A stretch of 57,625 bases of DNA. It comes from Minisyncoccota bacterium (lineage in GTDB: Bacteria > Patescibacteriota > Minisyncoccia > Phycocordibacterales > GWA1-40-21). Where the stretch lies: the NCBI GenBank assembly GCA_041659365.1, contig JBAZYH010000005.1, positions 1-57,625 of the forward strand, read 5' to 3'. The notes beneath the pieces are model-generated. The model ran no database searches. It worked only from the letters and a program-made list of their open reading frames with translations, and was not told where the DNA came from. Both the position numbers and the translations under genes were made by a program. Each line of letters begins with the position of its first letter. Position 1 is the first letter of the stretch. This document shows, piece by piece, positions 26,663-37,355 of this stretch.

Positions 26663-28781
26663 ACCTTACCTCCCCCTTCCAAATACTTTGTATTATACCC
26701 TCTCCTTGTTCCTTAAAAGTCGGTGCTATTTTAATAGCATTCTGTACTTCAAAGACAGCAGAGTTTTTATCACCTCTTTGCATAAATTCAGAAGCTCTCA
26801 TAAGATAAGCTCTTATAATTACATCACTTGTAGTTGTAAATACGCCCCCCATAAGTTCCTTCACCGTCTTCATATCATTATTTAATATAAGTGAAGCAAT
26901 ATAATAATCTTTTGCATTACCAAAATTTTTATCAAGTTCATACGTCTTTTTTGCAAGTTCAAGAGCCCTTTCCTTTTCTCCGAGCAAAGAAATATCTGTT
27001 ATAAGTTCAAAAAGCATAGTCTGCTTTGTTGGAGAAAGTTCTACGGCTTTTTCTAAATAAGGTTTTGCAAGTTTATACTGCCCCATATTTTTCAAAAATG
27101 TTCCCGTAAAAAGTTGGTACCTAGCATCATTAGGTGTTTGTTTGATTTGTCTATCCATCTCACCAACTGTAAGATCAGCAAAATCTTGTTTTAATTTTGC
27201 ATCACTATTTGAAGAATAGACCCTTGGGGTAAGACTTAAAAGCTGTTCTCTAATTTCTGGATTTGCAAAAGTATTATAAGAAAGAGCTTTTTTAAAATAT
27301 TCCAAATTCCTACCAGCACCATCTTGATATCCTTGCATTCCTTTTATTAGATAAATATTTGCACTAAGTGGCCTTATATTTACATACCATAAAGAGACAA
27401 ATAAAGTTATACAAATAATAGGTAGAACAATATAGTTTAAATTTTCTTCTCCCAAACCTTCTCTTTCATTTTTAACTGGTACATCATTTTCTACATCTCT
27501 AGAATAAATATAAGAAAGGACAAAAAAGAAAAACATATAGCTAATCAGATTATCAAAAACAAAAAGATTTTGAAAGAAATATCCGGCGAGTAATCCAACA
27601 AGGAGGGCTCCGTCTGTAACACCAAGTAAATTTCTTCTCTTCCATATAATCCAAAGAGCAGCTACAAAAATAAAAAGATAAGATGCCAAGCCCAAAACTC
27701 CACCAGCAACCAAAACATCAAGAGGCATATTGTGTGCTCTATCAAACCACTGTTCTTGGCCATACATTCTAGGGTCATAATATTTATTAAATACATAATT
27801 AAAACCATCTTGTCCCCAACCTAATATTGGCTTTTCTTGGAAACCCTTTATCGCCATTGGCCAAACATATTGTCTTGCTTGACCCTGACCACTCACATTA
27901 TTCCAAGATATCGCCGATAGTCTATTCAACACGACATCATCTTTTACAAACTGAGTATCTTTTATAACAAAAAAACCAACAATAAGAATAAAAATAATAA
28001 TGATTCCACCTACAGCATTTTTTTTCATTATCTTATCTTTCTTTTCAAAGACGGCAGTAAAGACTGAAGAAACTACAAGTCCTCCAATAAGCCCAAGTAT
28101 TACACCCCTAGTAGCAGTCCTCCAAATACCCCACCCACAAAGAAAGGTTGACGTTAAATAAATATAAGTAAGCCAGTCTTTGAAAATTATTTTAAAATTA
28201 TTTTTACCTTCACTTTTTACTATTACATCTTTATACAAGAGAATGAGTGCAAAAAAGAAATTAAAAAGAAAATAAACAGCAACATAAATAGGATTACCGA
28301 GTGTTACAGAAACTCTGCCATCTCCAGTAGAAAGCCACTCTTTTAGAACATAAGTAGACATCACAACACTCATCATTAAAGAAGATCTAAAAAAACACAA
28401 CCACATTTTTTCGGTTTTCATTACAGACCCCATCACAACCATCAACATTAGAAGGTGTATGAGAGTAATCCAACCATCCATTCTTTCAAAATTACTCCAT
28501 AGAGCTTTCATAGGTGCTACTGCAAAAATATCTGCAATACCCATCACAATCACAAAAAGTCCTACAGCACCTAAAAGCCAAGAAAATCTAGGTCTATATT
28601 TTATATCCGCAAAAGCTAGGTACAACCAAACAGCAAAAACCATCTCAACTATTATCCTAAAAGCAAAGTTTTTTCCAGAGATATAAGGGAAAAACATTGA
28701 ATTTGCCACAAAAAACGGTATCAAAAGTAAAACCCAAATACCCACCAAAACTTTCCACTTAGCTATGTTTTTAAAATCCAT
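26661..28781 (-). CDS. O-antigen ligase/polymerase-like (Wzy_C) membrane protein with C-terminal TPR repeats
   Basis: 706 aa with many TM segments, the loop WGQDGFNYVF...RAHNMPLDVLVAGG, and a TPR-like C-terminal third. Confidence 0.7.
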   Translation of the reverse strand: MDFKNIAKWKVLVGIWVLLLIPFFVANSMFFPYISGKNFAFRIIVEMVFAVWLYLAFADIKYRPRFSWLLGAVGLFVIVMGIADIFAVAPMKALWSNFERMDGWITLIHLLMLMVVMGSVMKTEKMWLCFFRSSLMMSVVMSTYVLKEWLSTGDGRVSVTLGNPIYVAVYFLFNFFFALILLYKDVIVKSEGKNNFKIIFKDWLTYIYLTSTFLCGWGIWRTATRGVILGLIGGLVVSSVFTAVFEKKDKIMKKNAVGGIIIIFILIVGFFVIKDTQFVKDDVVLNRLSAISWNNVSGQGQARQYVWPMAIKGFQEKPILGWGQDGFNYVFNKYYDPRMYGQEQWFDRAHNMPLDVLVAGGVLGLASYLFIFVAALWIIWKRRNLLGVTDGALLVGLLAGYFFQNLFVFDNLISYMFFFFVLSYIYSRDVENDVPVKNEREGLGEENLNYIVLPIICITLFVSLWYVNIRPLSANIYLIKGMQGYQDGAGRNLEYFKKALSYNTFANPEIREQLLSLTPRVYSSNSDAKLKQDFADLTVGEMDRQIKQTPNDARYQLFTGTFLKNMGQYKLAKPYLEKAVELSPTKQTMLFELITDISLLGEKERALELAKKTYELDKNFGNAKDYYIASLILNNDMKTVKELMGGVFTTTSDVIIRAYLMRASEFMQRGDKNSAVFEVQNAIKIAPTFKEQGEGIIQSIWKGEVR

Positions 28782-28901
28782 ATAATATTATTACTTACCT
28801 ATTCTGCATTTACAGACTAGGGACTATTAATTATGATTCGGATTATAGCACCAAAAAGTATAATTTTAAACTAGCCTATTCTTTAGTGTTTTGTCTAGGA
28901 T

Positions 28902-30224
28902 ATGCTAATATTCATTATGAATAAAATAATAGTCATGCAAGAAATATCTATTAAACATATAAAAGAAGTTTGGAACCACGCTGGCTTTCAAAAATATTTT
29001 AGAAATACCGGATGGTTATTTATTTCTAGAATTGTAAGTATGATTATTACTTTCCTAACAACGATGTTTATTGCCAGAACACTTGGACCTGGAAACTTTG
29101 GTCAATTAAACTATTCACTTAGCTTTGTTGGTGTTATATCAACATTAACAACATTGGGAGTAGATACTGTTCTGTATAGAGATCTAATAAAAAATCCTAC
29201 GAGAAAAAATGAATATATGGGTTCTGCTTTTCTTATTAAATTAATCGGTGGTATTCTTACAACCGTACTTGTAATACTATCTGGATTATTTTTAGCAGAA
29301 AATGACGTTTCGAAAATTATTATTCTTATTTTATCTGGTACATTCCTATTTAATGCTTTTCAAATAATTATTTATGAATTTCAAGCGCAGGTCAAATCAA
29401 AGTATATCTCTATTATAGGTATATTCATCACCTTGATTCTTAATACTCTAAAAGTACTCGTGCTTGTTAATGATAGAGGTGTTATCTATCTTGCCGCAAT
29501 ACTCCTACTTGAATCAATACTTTATACCAGCCTTTATTTATATATTTATAAAGAAAAATTAAATGGAAATATTTTTGAATGGAAATTTAATAAAAAAATA
29601 GCAATAGTTTTATTAAAAGATTCTTGGCCTATTATTATGGCTGGTGCCTTTGGTTTAATATACGGGAGAATAGACCAAGTTTTAATTAAACACCTGATGA
29701 ATATAGTTGATGTAGGTATTTATAGTTCTGCTGTTGCTATTACAGAGGTATGGTATTTTCTACCAAACATAATCACATCTTCTCTTTTTCCTGCAATAGT
29801 AAATGCAAAAATAACATCAGAAGAACTTTATCACTCTAGAATGAGAAAGATAGTATTACTTTTACTATCTATATCACTAAGTACTGCCATCATAACAACC
29901 ATATTCGCACCATTTTTGATAAATATAATATATGGCAGTGCCTTCATGGGCGCAAGTTCAATACTTAGAATATATGTATGGTCAAATGTTGGGATGTTCC
30001 TTGGAATACTGTCTACAATTTATTTAATCGCAGAAAATAAAGAAAAAACACTAGCCTTTATTACTTTTATACCGATGATTACAAATGTAACTTTAAACCT
30101 TCTTTGGATACCAAAATTCGGACTAGCTGGTTCTGCCTACGCAACTCTTATGTCATATTCTCTTGGGCCAATATCATTATTGTTCTTTAGAGAGACAAGA
30201 AATATATTTTTTAAAAGAAATTAA
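28902..30224 (+). CDS. Wzx-type oligosaccharide flippase (MOP superfamily)
   Basis: 440 aa with about 12 TM segments and the typical polysaccharide-biosynthesis-protein N-terminus. The start could instead be 28917 or 28935. Confidence 0.75.
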   Translation: MLIFIMNKIIVMQEISIKHIKEVWNHAGFQKYFRNTGWLFISRIVSMIITFLTTMFIARTLGPGNFGQLNYSLSFVGVISTLTTLGVDTVLYRDLIKNPTRKNEYMGSAFLIKLIGGILTTVLVILSGLFLAENDVSKIIILILSGTFLFNAFQIIIYEFQAQVKSKYISIIGIFITLILNTLKVLVLVNDRGVIYLAAILLLESILYTSLYLYIYKEKLNGNIFEWKFNKKIAIVLLKDSWPIIMAGAFGLIYGRIDQVLIKHLMNIVDVGIYSSAVAITEVWYFLPNIITSSLFPAIVNAKITSEELYHSRMRKIVLLLLSISLSTAIITTIFAPFLINIIYGSAFMGASSILRIYVWSNVGMFLGILSTIYLIAENKEKTLAFITFIPMITNVTLNLLWIPKFGLAGSAYATLMSYSLGPISLLFFRETRNIFFKRN

Positions 30225-30225
30225 A

Positions 30226-30999
30226 TTATTTATCCCAAACTATCCAAGCAGCATTATTATTTTGCCACAAATCTTCAAGTATGTTTTTGTCTCTTAATGT
30301 ATCCATAGGTTTCCAAAAACCATCATGAGGAAAAGCATTTAATTGATTGGTTTTAGCTAATGTCTCTAGAGGTTCCCTTTCAAAATAAGTTTGATCACCT
30401 TCAATATAATCAAATACTTCTGGTTCTAAAACAAAAAAACCTCCGTTTATTCTGTCTTTATTATCTTTTTTCTCACCAAAGTGAGTAACCTTAGAATCCT
30501 TACTAATCTCCATAGAACCAAACCTACCTTCTGGAACAACTGCCGTTACTGTAGCAAAGCCTTTTTTTTCTTTATGAAATTTTAATAAATCTTTTATATT
30601 TATATCCGCCACACCATCACCATAGGTCATCATAAATGTTTCACCTCCAATATAATCTTTTATTCTCTTAACCCTACCTCCTGTCATACTATCATCACCT
30701 GTATCAACAAGGGTTATATTCCATTTCTCACTACGATTTTCGTGATATTTTATAGAATTATGCTCCAAATCAAAAGTTACATCATTATTGTGTAAGTAAT
30801 AATTATTAAACCATTCTTTTATATAATATCCTTTATATCCTAAACAAATAATAAAATCATTAAAACCATAGTGGGAGTACAACTTCATTATGTGCCATAA
30901 AATAGGTTTGCCACCTATTTCAATCATTGGCTTTGGTCTTGTTGTTGTCTCCTCATTAAATCTAGTACCTAATCCTCCAGCTAATATTACAACTTTCAT
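30226..30999 (-). CDS. rfbF: Glucose-1-phosphate cytidylyltransferase
   Basis: MKVVILAGGLGTRF...RPKPMIEIGGKPILWHIM, 257 aa. Confidence 0.9.
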   Translation of the reverse strand: MKVVILAGGLGTRFNEETTTRPKPMIEIGGKPILWHIMKLYSHYGFNDFIICLGYKGYYIKEWFNNYYLHNNDVTFDLEHNSIKYHENRSEKWNITLVDTGDDSMTGGRVKRIKDYIGGETFMMTYGDGVADINIKDLLKFHKEKKGFATVTAVVPEGRFGSMEISKDSKVTHFGEKKDNKDRINGGFFVLEPEVFDYIEGDQTYFEREPLETLAKTNQLNAFPHDGFWKPMDTLRDKNILEDLWQNNNAAWIVWDK

Positions 31000-31004
31000 A
31001 AAAT

Positions 31005-32072
31005 TTATTTAAAAAAAATATCAATTTGTTTGTTAGTAAATTCTACACTATCTTCATTTTTATCATAATAATTCTTATACCAGTTAAAAGTAAGTTCTAG
31101 CGTATCTGCAAAGTTTAATTGTGGTTTCCAACCGAGTATGTTTTCTGCTTTAGTTATATCAAGTTTCAAAATATTTGCTTCATGTTTTGAATCATCTGGC
31201 TTTGTTTTATGAAGACCTTTTCCCAAAATCTTTATAGAATCATTTATAAGTTTTTCTACCGTAACAAAACTTTCATTTTTAGGACCAAAATTCCATGCCC
31301 CAGAGATTTCTATCCTTCCATTATACAATTTTTCCGCAAGCATAAGATACCCTGAAAGCGGTTCTAGTACATGTTGCCATGGGCGTATCGCCTGAGGATT
31401 ACGGCTGACTATTTCTTCATTCTTATCATAAATAGACCTGATGATATCTGGGATCAGTCTGTGGTCTGCCCAATCCCCACCACCAATTACGTTACCAGCA
31501 CGCGCTATAGAAACCAATGTATTATGTTTTATTTTAAAATCTTTAACATTAAAGAATGATTGTGTGTAAGAGTTAGTAATAATGTCTGCAGCCGCTTTAC
31601 TTGCACTATATGGATCATAACCACCGAGTGAATCGTGCTCTTTATAAGGCTCCTGAGACTCTTTGTTTTCATAAACTTTATCTGTTGTAATTATTACTAA
31701 AGATTTAACTCCGCCAACTTCTTTAACTGCTTGAAGTAAATTTGCTGTACCAAGAACATTTGTAGAAATTGTTTTTAATGGATCATCATAACTATCACGA
31801 ACAATCGCTTGAGCGGCTAAATGAAAAACTATTTCTGGTTTCTCTTTGGCTAAAACAGCTTTTAAATCTTCGTAATTTCTAATATCAATAAAATAATTTT
31901 TAACCTTATCTTTTAAACCCAATGCTTCAAATAAATTAGGAGATTTTTCTGGCATAAAAGACACACCAATAATATCTGCTTTAAAATTTAACAAAATTTG
32001 AGTTAGCCAAGAACCTTTAAAACCAGTATGTCCTGTAATAAGGATTTTTTTGTTTTCATAAAATTTATACAT
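31005..32072 (-). CDS. rfbG: CDP-glucose 4,6-dehydratase
   Basis: GHTGFKGSW Rossmann motif and YSASK catalytic motif, 355 aa, adjacent to rfbF. Confidence 0.9.
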   Translation of the reverse strand: MYKFYENKKILITGHTGFKGSWLTQILLNFKADIIGVSFMPEKSPNLFEALGLKDKVKNYFIDIRNYEDLKAVLAKEKPEIVFHLAAQAIVRDSYDDPLKTISTNVLGTANLLQAVKEVGGVKSLVIITTDKVYENKESQEPYKEHDSLGGYDPYSASKAAADIITNSYTQSFFNVKDFKIKHNTLVSIARAGNVIGGGDWADHRLIPDIIRSIYDKNEEIVSRNPQAIRPWQHVLEPLSGYLMLAEKLYNGRIEISGAWNFGPKNESFVTVEKLINDSIKILGKGLHKTKPDDSKHEANILKLDITKAENILGWKPQLNFADTLELTFNWYKNYYDKNEDSVEFTNKQIDIFFK

Positions 32073-32111
32073 ATTTTTACAAAGTTATTTAGTATATTAA
32101 GATTACTTCTT

Positions 32112-32672
32112 TTATATAATGGTGTCAATTTCTATGTTACTGAATACAGGATAACTATCTTTTAAATAATTTTTAAAAATATCAATTAAAGATTTATGTA
32201 CCTCAACCGTATTGTCTGGTATTGAATCTATATAAAAAAATCCAACCTCTTCCGTATTAGAATATTCCCCATGAAAATATGCTACATGGAGTAAAGCAAC
32301 AGCATGTCTTGTAGTAAAATATGTTTGTTTTTTAGATATCTCAAACCAACCAATTGATTTCGGTTTGGTCACACCTAGCATACCGACAGTAACAATCTCG
32401 GTCTCAATAAGACGTTTACGTGCTTCTTCAACAGTCTCCCAATCATTAAGTACTGTGCCTGGTATATGATACGGCCTACCTTTTAATTCGCGATCATTAG
32501 CCAATCTTCTTATTAGTAGAATCCTGTTCTTGTCATCAATTACACAGAGCTCTATAGAAACAGTTACAAACTTTTTAACAAGTTCGTGCCATATATCACC
32601 CTTAATTTCCGTGCTTTCAATTTTTGATAAAAGTTCAACAAGCAAAACTCTTTCTTTTTCATTTAAAGCCAT
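32112..32672 (-). CDS. Nudix-like hydrolase (degenerate Nudix box)
   Basis: 186 aa. GTVLNDWETVEEARKRLIETE approximates GX5EX7REUXEEXGU. Confidence 0.4.
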   Translation of the reverse strand: MALNEKERVLLVELLSKIESTEIKGDIWHELVKKFVTVSIELCVIDDKNRILLIRRLANDRELKGRPYHIPGTVLNDWETVEEARKRLIETEIVTVGMLGVTKPKSIGWFEISKKQTYFTTRHAVALLHVAYFHGEYSNTEEVGFFYIDSIPDNTVEVHKSLIDIFKNYLKDSYPVFSNIEIDTII

Positions 32673-32795
32673 AATATTATTCTTTTATTTATAACATAAA
32701 TTGACTATTTATCAATATATTTTAAGATAAAAGAAACTATACAAAAAATAGAGAAAATGATATTATCACTAGTATTAATAACATAAATTAAAGAT

Positions 32796-34019
32796 ATGCC
32801 CAAAGTAAATAAATCAAAAATGAGAGTTCCTTATGGTCTGTCTGTTCATGGGCAAGAAGAAATTGATGCCGTTGTAAAAGTTCTAAAAGGAAATACCGCT
32901 CTTGGTGATAAAACAAAAGAATTCGAAACAAAGATATCTAAAATATTTGGTAAGAAATATGGAGTAATGGTCAACTCTGGATCATCAGCAAATTTACTTG
33001 CAATTGAGATATTAAATTTGCCAAAAGGAACCGAAGTTATTACTCCGATATTAACTTTTGCTACAACCGTAGCTCCGATTATTCAAAAAGGTCTAGTTCC
33101 TGTTTTTATCGATGTAGATCCAGATACCTATATTATAAATCCTGAAGATGTAGAAAAAGCTATAACAAAAAATACAAAATTATTAATGATCCCATCTCTT
33201 ATGGGAAATATTCCAAACATGAAAGCTCTGGCTACTATAGCAAAAAAACATAAACTTTGGTTTATAGAAGATTCATGCGATACACTCGGTGGAAAATATG
33301 ATGATAAACCGACAGGAACTTATTCTCATATAACCACCACTAGTTTTTACGGTTCTCATATAATAAATGGAGCTGGAGGAGGCGGTATGATATGTGTAAA
33401 TAATCCAAAATGGGTAGACAAACTAGTAGTCTTACGTGGTTGGGGCAGACAGTCTTCCTTATTTGGAGAAAAAGCAAATTCAGAACTATTAAAAAATCGT
33501 TTTCGTGTAAAACTAAACGGTATTCCCTATGATAATAAATTTATCTTTAGTGAAATTGGATACAACTTTTTACCACTAGAACTATCTTCTGCCTTTGCTC
33601 TAGCACAAATTAAAAGACTACCAGGCTTCTTAACCAAAAGAAAAAAGAACTTCGCTTTGCTTTATGATTTCTTCACAAAAAATAATAAGTACTTCATACT
33701 TCCAAAACAGACACCTCGTACAGAAACAGCTTGGCTTGCTTTTCCTCTTATAATAAAACCCGGTGCTCCATTTACTAGACTAGAATTAGTTAAATTTCTA
33801 GAAAACAACAATATACAAACAAGACCAATATTTACAGGCAACATACTGAAGCAACCAGCTTTTAAAAATATACAGAGAAAAGAAACTAGACCAATTTTTC
33901 CTAATACAGAACAAATAATGAAATCTGGATTTGTGGTTGCATGTCACCATGGACTAAATGATGACCAAATGAAATACCTAAAAGACAAACTCGTTGAATT
34001 TTTGTCTTTTTACAAATAA
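32796..34019 (+). CDS. rfbH: CDP-6-deoxy-L-threo-D-glycero-4-hexulose-3-dehydrase (E1, RfbH/DdhC-like; DegT/DnrJ/EryC1 fold)
   Basis: 407 aa with an aminotransferase-like fold. SFYGSHIINGAGGGG has His where DegT aminotransferases have the PLP-binding Lys. The gene neighbours rfbF and rfbG. Confidence 0.75.
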   Translation: MPKVNKSKMRVPYGLSVHGQEEIDAVVKVLKGNTALGDKTKEFETKISKIFGKKYGVMVNSGSSANLLAIEILNLPKGTEVITPILTFATTVAPIIQKGLVPVFIDVDPDTYIINPEDVEKAITKNTKLLMIPSLMGNIPNMKALATIAKKHKLWFIEDSCDTLGGKYDDKPTGTYSHITTTSFYGSHIINGAGGGGMICVNNPKWVDKLVVLRGWGRQSSLFGEKANSELLKNRFRVKLNGIPYDNKFIFSEIGYNFLPLELSSAFALAQIKRLPGFLTKRKKNFALLYDFFTKNNKYFILPKQTPRTETAWLAFPLIIKPGAPFTRLELVKFLENNNIQTRPIFTGNILKQPAFKNIQRKETRPIFPNTEQIMKSGFVVACHHGLNDDQMKYLKDKLVEFLSFYK

Positions 34020-34020
34020 A

Positions 34021-34563
34021 ATGAAAATAGTAGAAACAATATTAAATGGTATTTTTGTTATAGAAACAGATATCTTTCAAGATGAACGTGGTTCATTTAC
34101 TAAAATATTCCACAAAGATTTTTTTAAAAAAAACAATATTACTTCTAATATATTCCTAGAAAATTATTTCTCAATATCACATAAAAATGTTATCCGTGGT
34201 ATGCATTTCCAGATACCAACCGAAGATCATGAAAAAATTGTTTATGTTACAAAAGGCTCAATTACCGATGTTGTTCTCGATATAAGAAAAAATTCACCTA
34301 CATATGGTAAATACCAAGTAATGGAAATTTCTGATAAAAACCATAGAATAATTTTTATACCGAAAGGTTTTGCTCATGGTTTTTTGTCACTTGAAGACGA
34401 TACTTGTGTAGTCTATTTACAAACCACAATGTATTCCAAAGAACACGACACAGGTATTAGATTTGATTCTTTTGGTATGGATTGGGATGTAGAAAATCCT
34501 ATTATTTCAAAAAGAGACCAAAGCTTCCAAAAACTTGAAGATTTTATAACTCCATTCATATAA
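34021..34563 (+). CDS. RmlC-like cupin sugar-nucleotide 3,5-epimerase
   Basis: RGSFTKIF, RGMHFQ and GSITDVVLDIRKNSPTYGK motifs. Start set at the MKIVETIL methionine. Confidence 0.8.
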   Translation: MKIVETILNGIFVIETDIFQDERGSFTKIFHKDFFKKNNITSNIFLENYFSISHKNVIRGMHFQIPTEDHEKIVYVTKGSITDVVLDIRKNSPTYGKYQVMEISDKNHRIIFIPKGFAHGFLSLEDDTCVVYLQTTMYSKEHDTGIRFDSFGMDWDVENPIISKRDQSFQKLEDFITPFI

Positions 34564-34565
34564 AT

Positions 34566-35450
34566 ATGAGACTCCTTCTTAGTGGAACAACAGGTTTTAT
34601 AGGAAAAAATCTTGTAAAAAAATTACTGGAAGAAAAACATACTGTATTTGCAATAGTACGTCCTTCAAGTAATCTGACCCTCCTAGAAGACAACATCACA
34701 AAATATGTTTTTAATGGTGATGTAACAGATCTTGTCTCTTTCATGCAAAAAGAAAAAATTAATGGTGTTATACACCTTGCTTCCTTATTTTTGGCAGGAC
34801 ACAAACCAGATGATATAAAAGGTTTAGTAGAATCAAATATACTTTTTGGAACTCAATTATTGGAAGCATCAGTCAAAGCTGAAATTCCTTGGTTTATAAA
34901 TACAGGAACTTTTTGGCAACACTATCAAGACAAAAAATATTCCCCTGTAAATCTATACGCAGCCACAAAACAGGCTTTCGAAGATATGGCAAAATATTAT
35001 ACAGAAACATCAAATATTAATTTTGTTACTATTAAACTTAGCGATACATTTGGACCGTTTGATACAAGACCAAAAATATTTAATCTATGGACAAAAATAA
35101 GCCAGACCAAAGAAAAACTTGGAATGTCTCCGGGAAAACAGATTATTGATATAAGTCATATAGATAATATTACTGATGCATATTCACAAACAATTAAACT
35201 ACTATCCAAAGATAATAAAAATAAACTTAAAAATAAGTCCTTTGCTATTCACTCAAATGAAAGAGTTACATTAAAAAAACTGTCTTCAGTTTTTGAAGAA
35301 TTAAGTAAAACCAAACTAAATATAAACTGGGGAGAAAAAGAATACCGCCTACGAGAAGTAATGAAACCATGGACCGGCGGGGAGGAAATACCTGGGTGGA
35401 AAGTTTCTGTTAAACTCAGAGATGGGATAAAAAAAATGTTTAATAATTAA
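34566..35450 (+). CDS. NAD(P)-dependent SDR epimerase/reductase, CDP-abequose/paratose-synthase-like
   Basis: GTTGFIGKNL and YAATK motifs, 294 aa, in the dideoxyhexose gene context. Confidence 0.65.
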   Translation: MRLLLSGTTGFIGKNLVKKLLEEKHTVFAIVRPSSNLTLLEDNITKYVFNGDVTDLVSFMQKEKINGVIHLASLFLAGHKPDDIKGLVESNILFGTQLLEASVKAEIPWFINTGTFWQHYQDKKYSPVNLYAATKQAFEDMAKYYTETSNINFVTIKLSDTFGPFDTRPKIFNLWTKISQTKEKLGMSPGKQIIDISHIDNITDAYSQTIKLLSKDNKNKLKNKSFAIHSNERVTLKKLSSVFEELSKTKLNINWGEKEYRLREVMKPWTGGEEIPGWKVSVKLRDGIKKMFNN

Positions 35451-36385
35451 TGAAAATGAAAATTTACGATTGCTTTACATTTTTTAACGAATTAGATGTT
35501 CTGGAAATAAGACTAAATATCTTAAATGATAAAGTAGATTACTTTGTATTAGTTGAAGCGACCACAACACATAGTGGCAAAAAAAAGGAATTATACTTTG
35601 AAAATAATAAATCTAGGTACAGTAAATTTTTAAATAAAATAATACATGTAATCGTAGATGACATGCCAGAATTAAAAGATGATAGATGGGTACTAGAAAA
35701 CTTTCAACGAAATGCGATTATGCGTGGCCTATCAGACTGTAAAGAAGATGATGTAATTATGATATCTGACCTAGACGAGATACCGAATATTAAAGATGTA
35801 AACTATATTAAAAATAGAGCGAAAACAATTAGCAGCAAAAATGATGTTTTATATAAAATATATTATTACTTCAAAACTAAAATTTTAAATATAAAAAGCA
35901 ACACAAGGATTGTAAAATATATTAAAATATTAACAAATTATCTTTCAATAAAAAGCAGTAAGCTAATAGTCTTTAAGCAAAATTTCTACTTCTATTATCT
36001 AAACGGTTTTATTAATAATGAATGGTTAGGATCTAAAATTGTTATGTACAAAAACTTAATTAATGATTTTAACTCAAGCCCACAACAAATAAGAAGTAGC
36101 TCAGCCAAAAATATTATAGAAAATGGAGGTTGGCATTTTTCTTATTTATTTACCCCAGAAGGTATTTCAAATAAAATAAAATCTTTCGCCCACTCAGAGT
36201 TTGATAAAACAGAATATACAGACACAAATACTATTGAAACAAAAATTAAAAAAGGAGAAAATATCTTCGGAAGAGATGCTGAAAAAATAACCTACGTTAA
36301 GATTAATAACTCATACCCTGAATATATAATAAATAATACAGGTAAGTACGAACAACTAATAAACAATAACGTTAATAATCAATAA
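35450..36385 (+). CDS. Glycosyltransferase family 17-like
   Basis: IYDCFTFFNELDVLEIRLNILNDKVDYFVLVEATTTHSGKKKEL and SDLDEIP match the GT17 pattern. Confidence 0.65.
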   Translation: MKMKIYDCFTFFNELDVLEIRLNILNDKVDYFVLVEATTTHSGKKKELYFENNKSRYSKFLNKIIHVIVDDMPELKDDRWVLENFQRNAIMRGLSDCKEDDVIMISDLDEIPNIKDVNYIKNRAKTISSKNDVLYKIYYYFKTKILNIKSNTRIVKYIKILTNYLSIKSSKLIVFKQNFYFYYLNGFINNEWLGSKIVMYKNLINDFNSSPQQIRSSSAKNIIENGGWHFSYLFTPEGISNKIKSFAHSEFDKTEYTDTNTIETKIKKGENIFGRDAEKITYVKINNSYPEYIINNTGKYEQLINNNVNNQ

Positions 36386-36386
36386 C

Positions 36387-37355
36387 ATGAACAAAAAAGT
36401 ATCTGTCACAATCCCCTGTTTTAATCAAGCTGTCCTATTTGAAAAAGAAATAGAGTATTTGAAAACACAAACATTAAAAGACTTTGATATTATTGTTTTA
36501 GATAACAACAGTGATCAAGATTATAAAAAGATTGTCGCAAAATTTCCAGAAGAAGATATAACTTACACAAGAAACCAAACAAACATAGGTCTTATGAGAA
36601 ACCTATTCAAAAGCATCTTCTACACTACAGACGCACCCTACATAATATCACTACACGAAGACGACAACCTACATCCTCAATATTTAGAAAAAGCACTAGA
36701 TATATTGGAGAAAAATAAAGATATTGCCTTTGTTGCGACACTTGCCGAATGGTTTAAAAATGATAAAGAATTAGAAGAAAAGTTTGCTAAAAGAAAAAAT
36801 CTAGAAAACTCAGTTGTCTTAGACAGAACAGACTTTGTAAGGAACATAATAGATGGCAAGCATATAATGTTTGGGTCTGTGGTATACAGAAGATCAATAT
36901 TTAATCAAAACTTTAACTTAGAAAAAATACTTAGCGAATATGATATATTTGCAGACAGACCTTTCCTTGTTTCATTACTCAAAGATGGCTTGCGGGCTGG
37001 AATAATTCTAGATAAAGGAATGTTTGTTCGAGATCATGGTGAAAATGACAAAAGAGCACAAATTACTACAGATAAACATGCTTTCAATATGATGTCTCTC
37101 TATAAAAATAATCTTCCTAAACCAATAGATAAAACTGATTATAAAAATTTTATTACTTTCTCTACAAACAACTTACTAAACACATACAGTAGTGTACAAA
37201 ATAAAAATACAAATTTTTATAAGTTTATCAAAGAAGGTATTAAACTGAATTTAATAAATTTTAAATATATAAACAAAGTTGGTGTTCTGGGTATATTAAA
37301 ATCAATTTTCGGTAAAAAATTTATAAACAAATTAGTTAAAATAATAAAAAAATGA
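36387..37355 (+). CDS. Glycosyltransferase family 2
   Basis: VSVTIPCFNQ, LDNNSDQDY and HEDDN motifs. Confidence 0.75.
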   Translation: MNKKVSVTIPCFNQAVLFEKEIEYLKTQTLKDFDIIVLDNNSDQDYKKIVAKFPEEDITYTRNQTNIGLMRNLFKSIFYTTDAPYIISLHEDDNLHPQYLEKALDILEKNKDIAFVATLAEWFKNDKELEEKFAKRKNLENSVVLDRTDFVRNIIDGKHIMFGSVVYRRSIFNQNFNLEKILSEYDIFADRPFLVSLLKDGLRAGIILDKGMFVRDHGENDKRAQITTDKHAFNMMSLYKNNLPKPIDKTDYKNFITFSTNNLLNTYSSVQNKNTNFYKFIKEGIKLNLINFKYINKVGVLGILKSIFGKKFINKLVKIIKK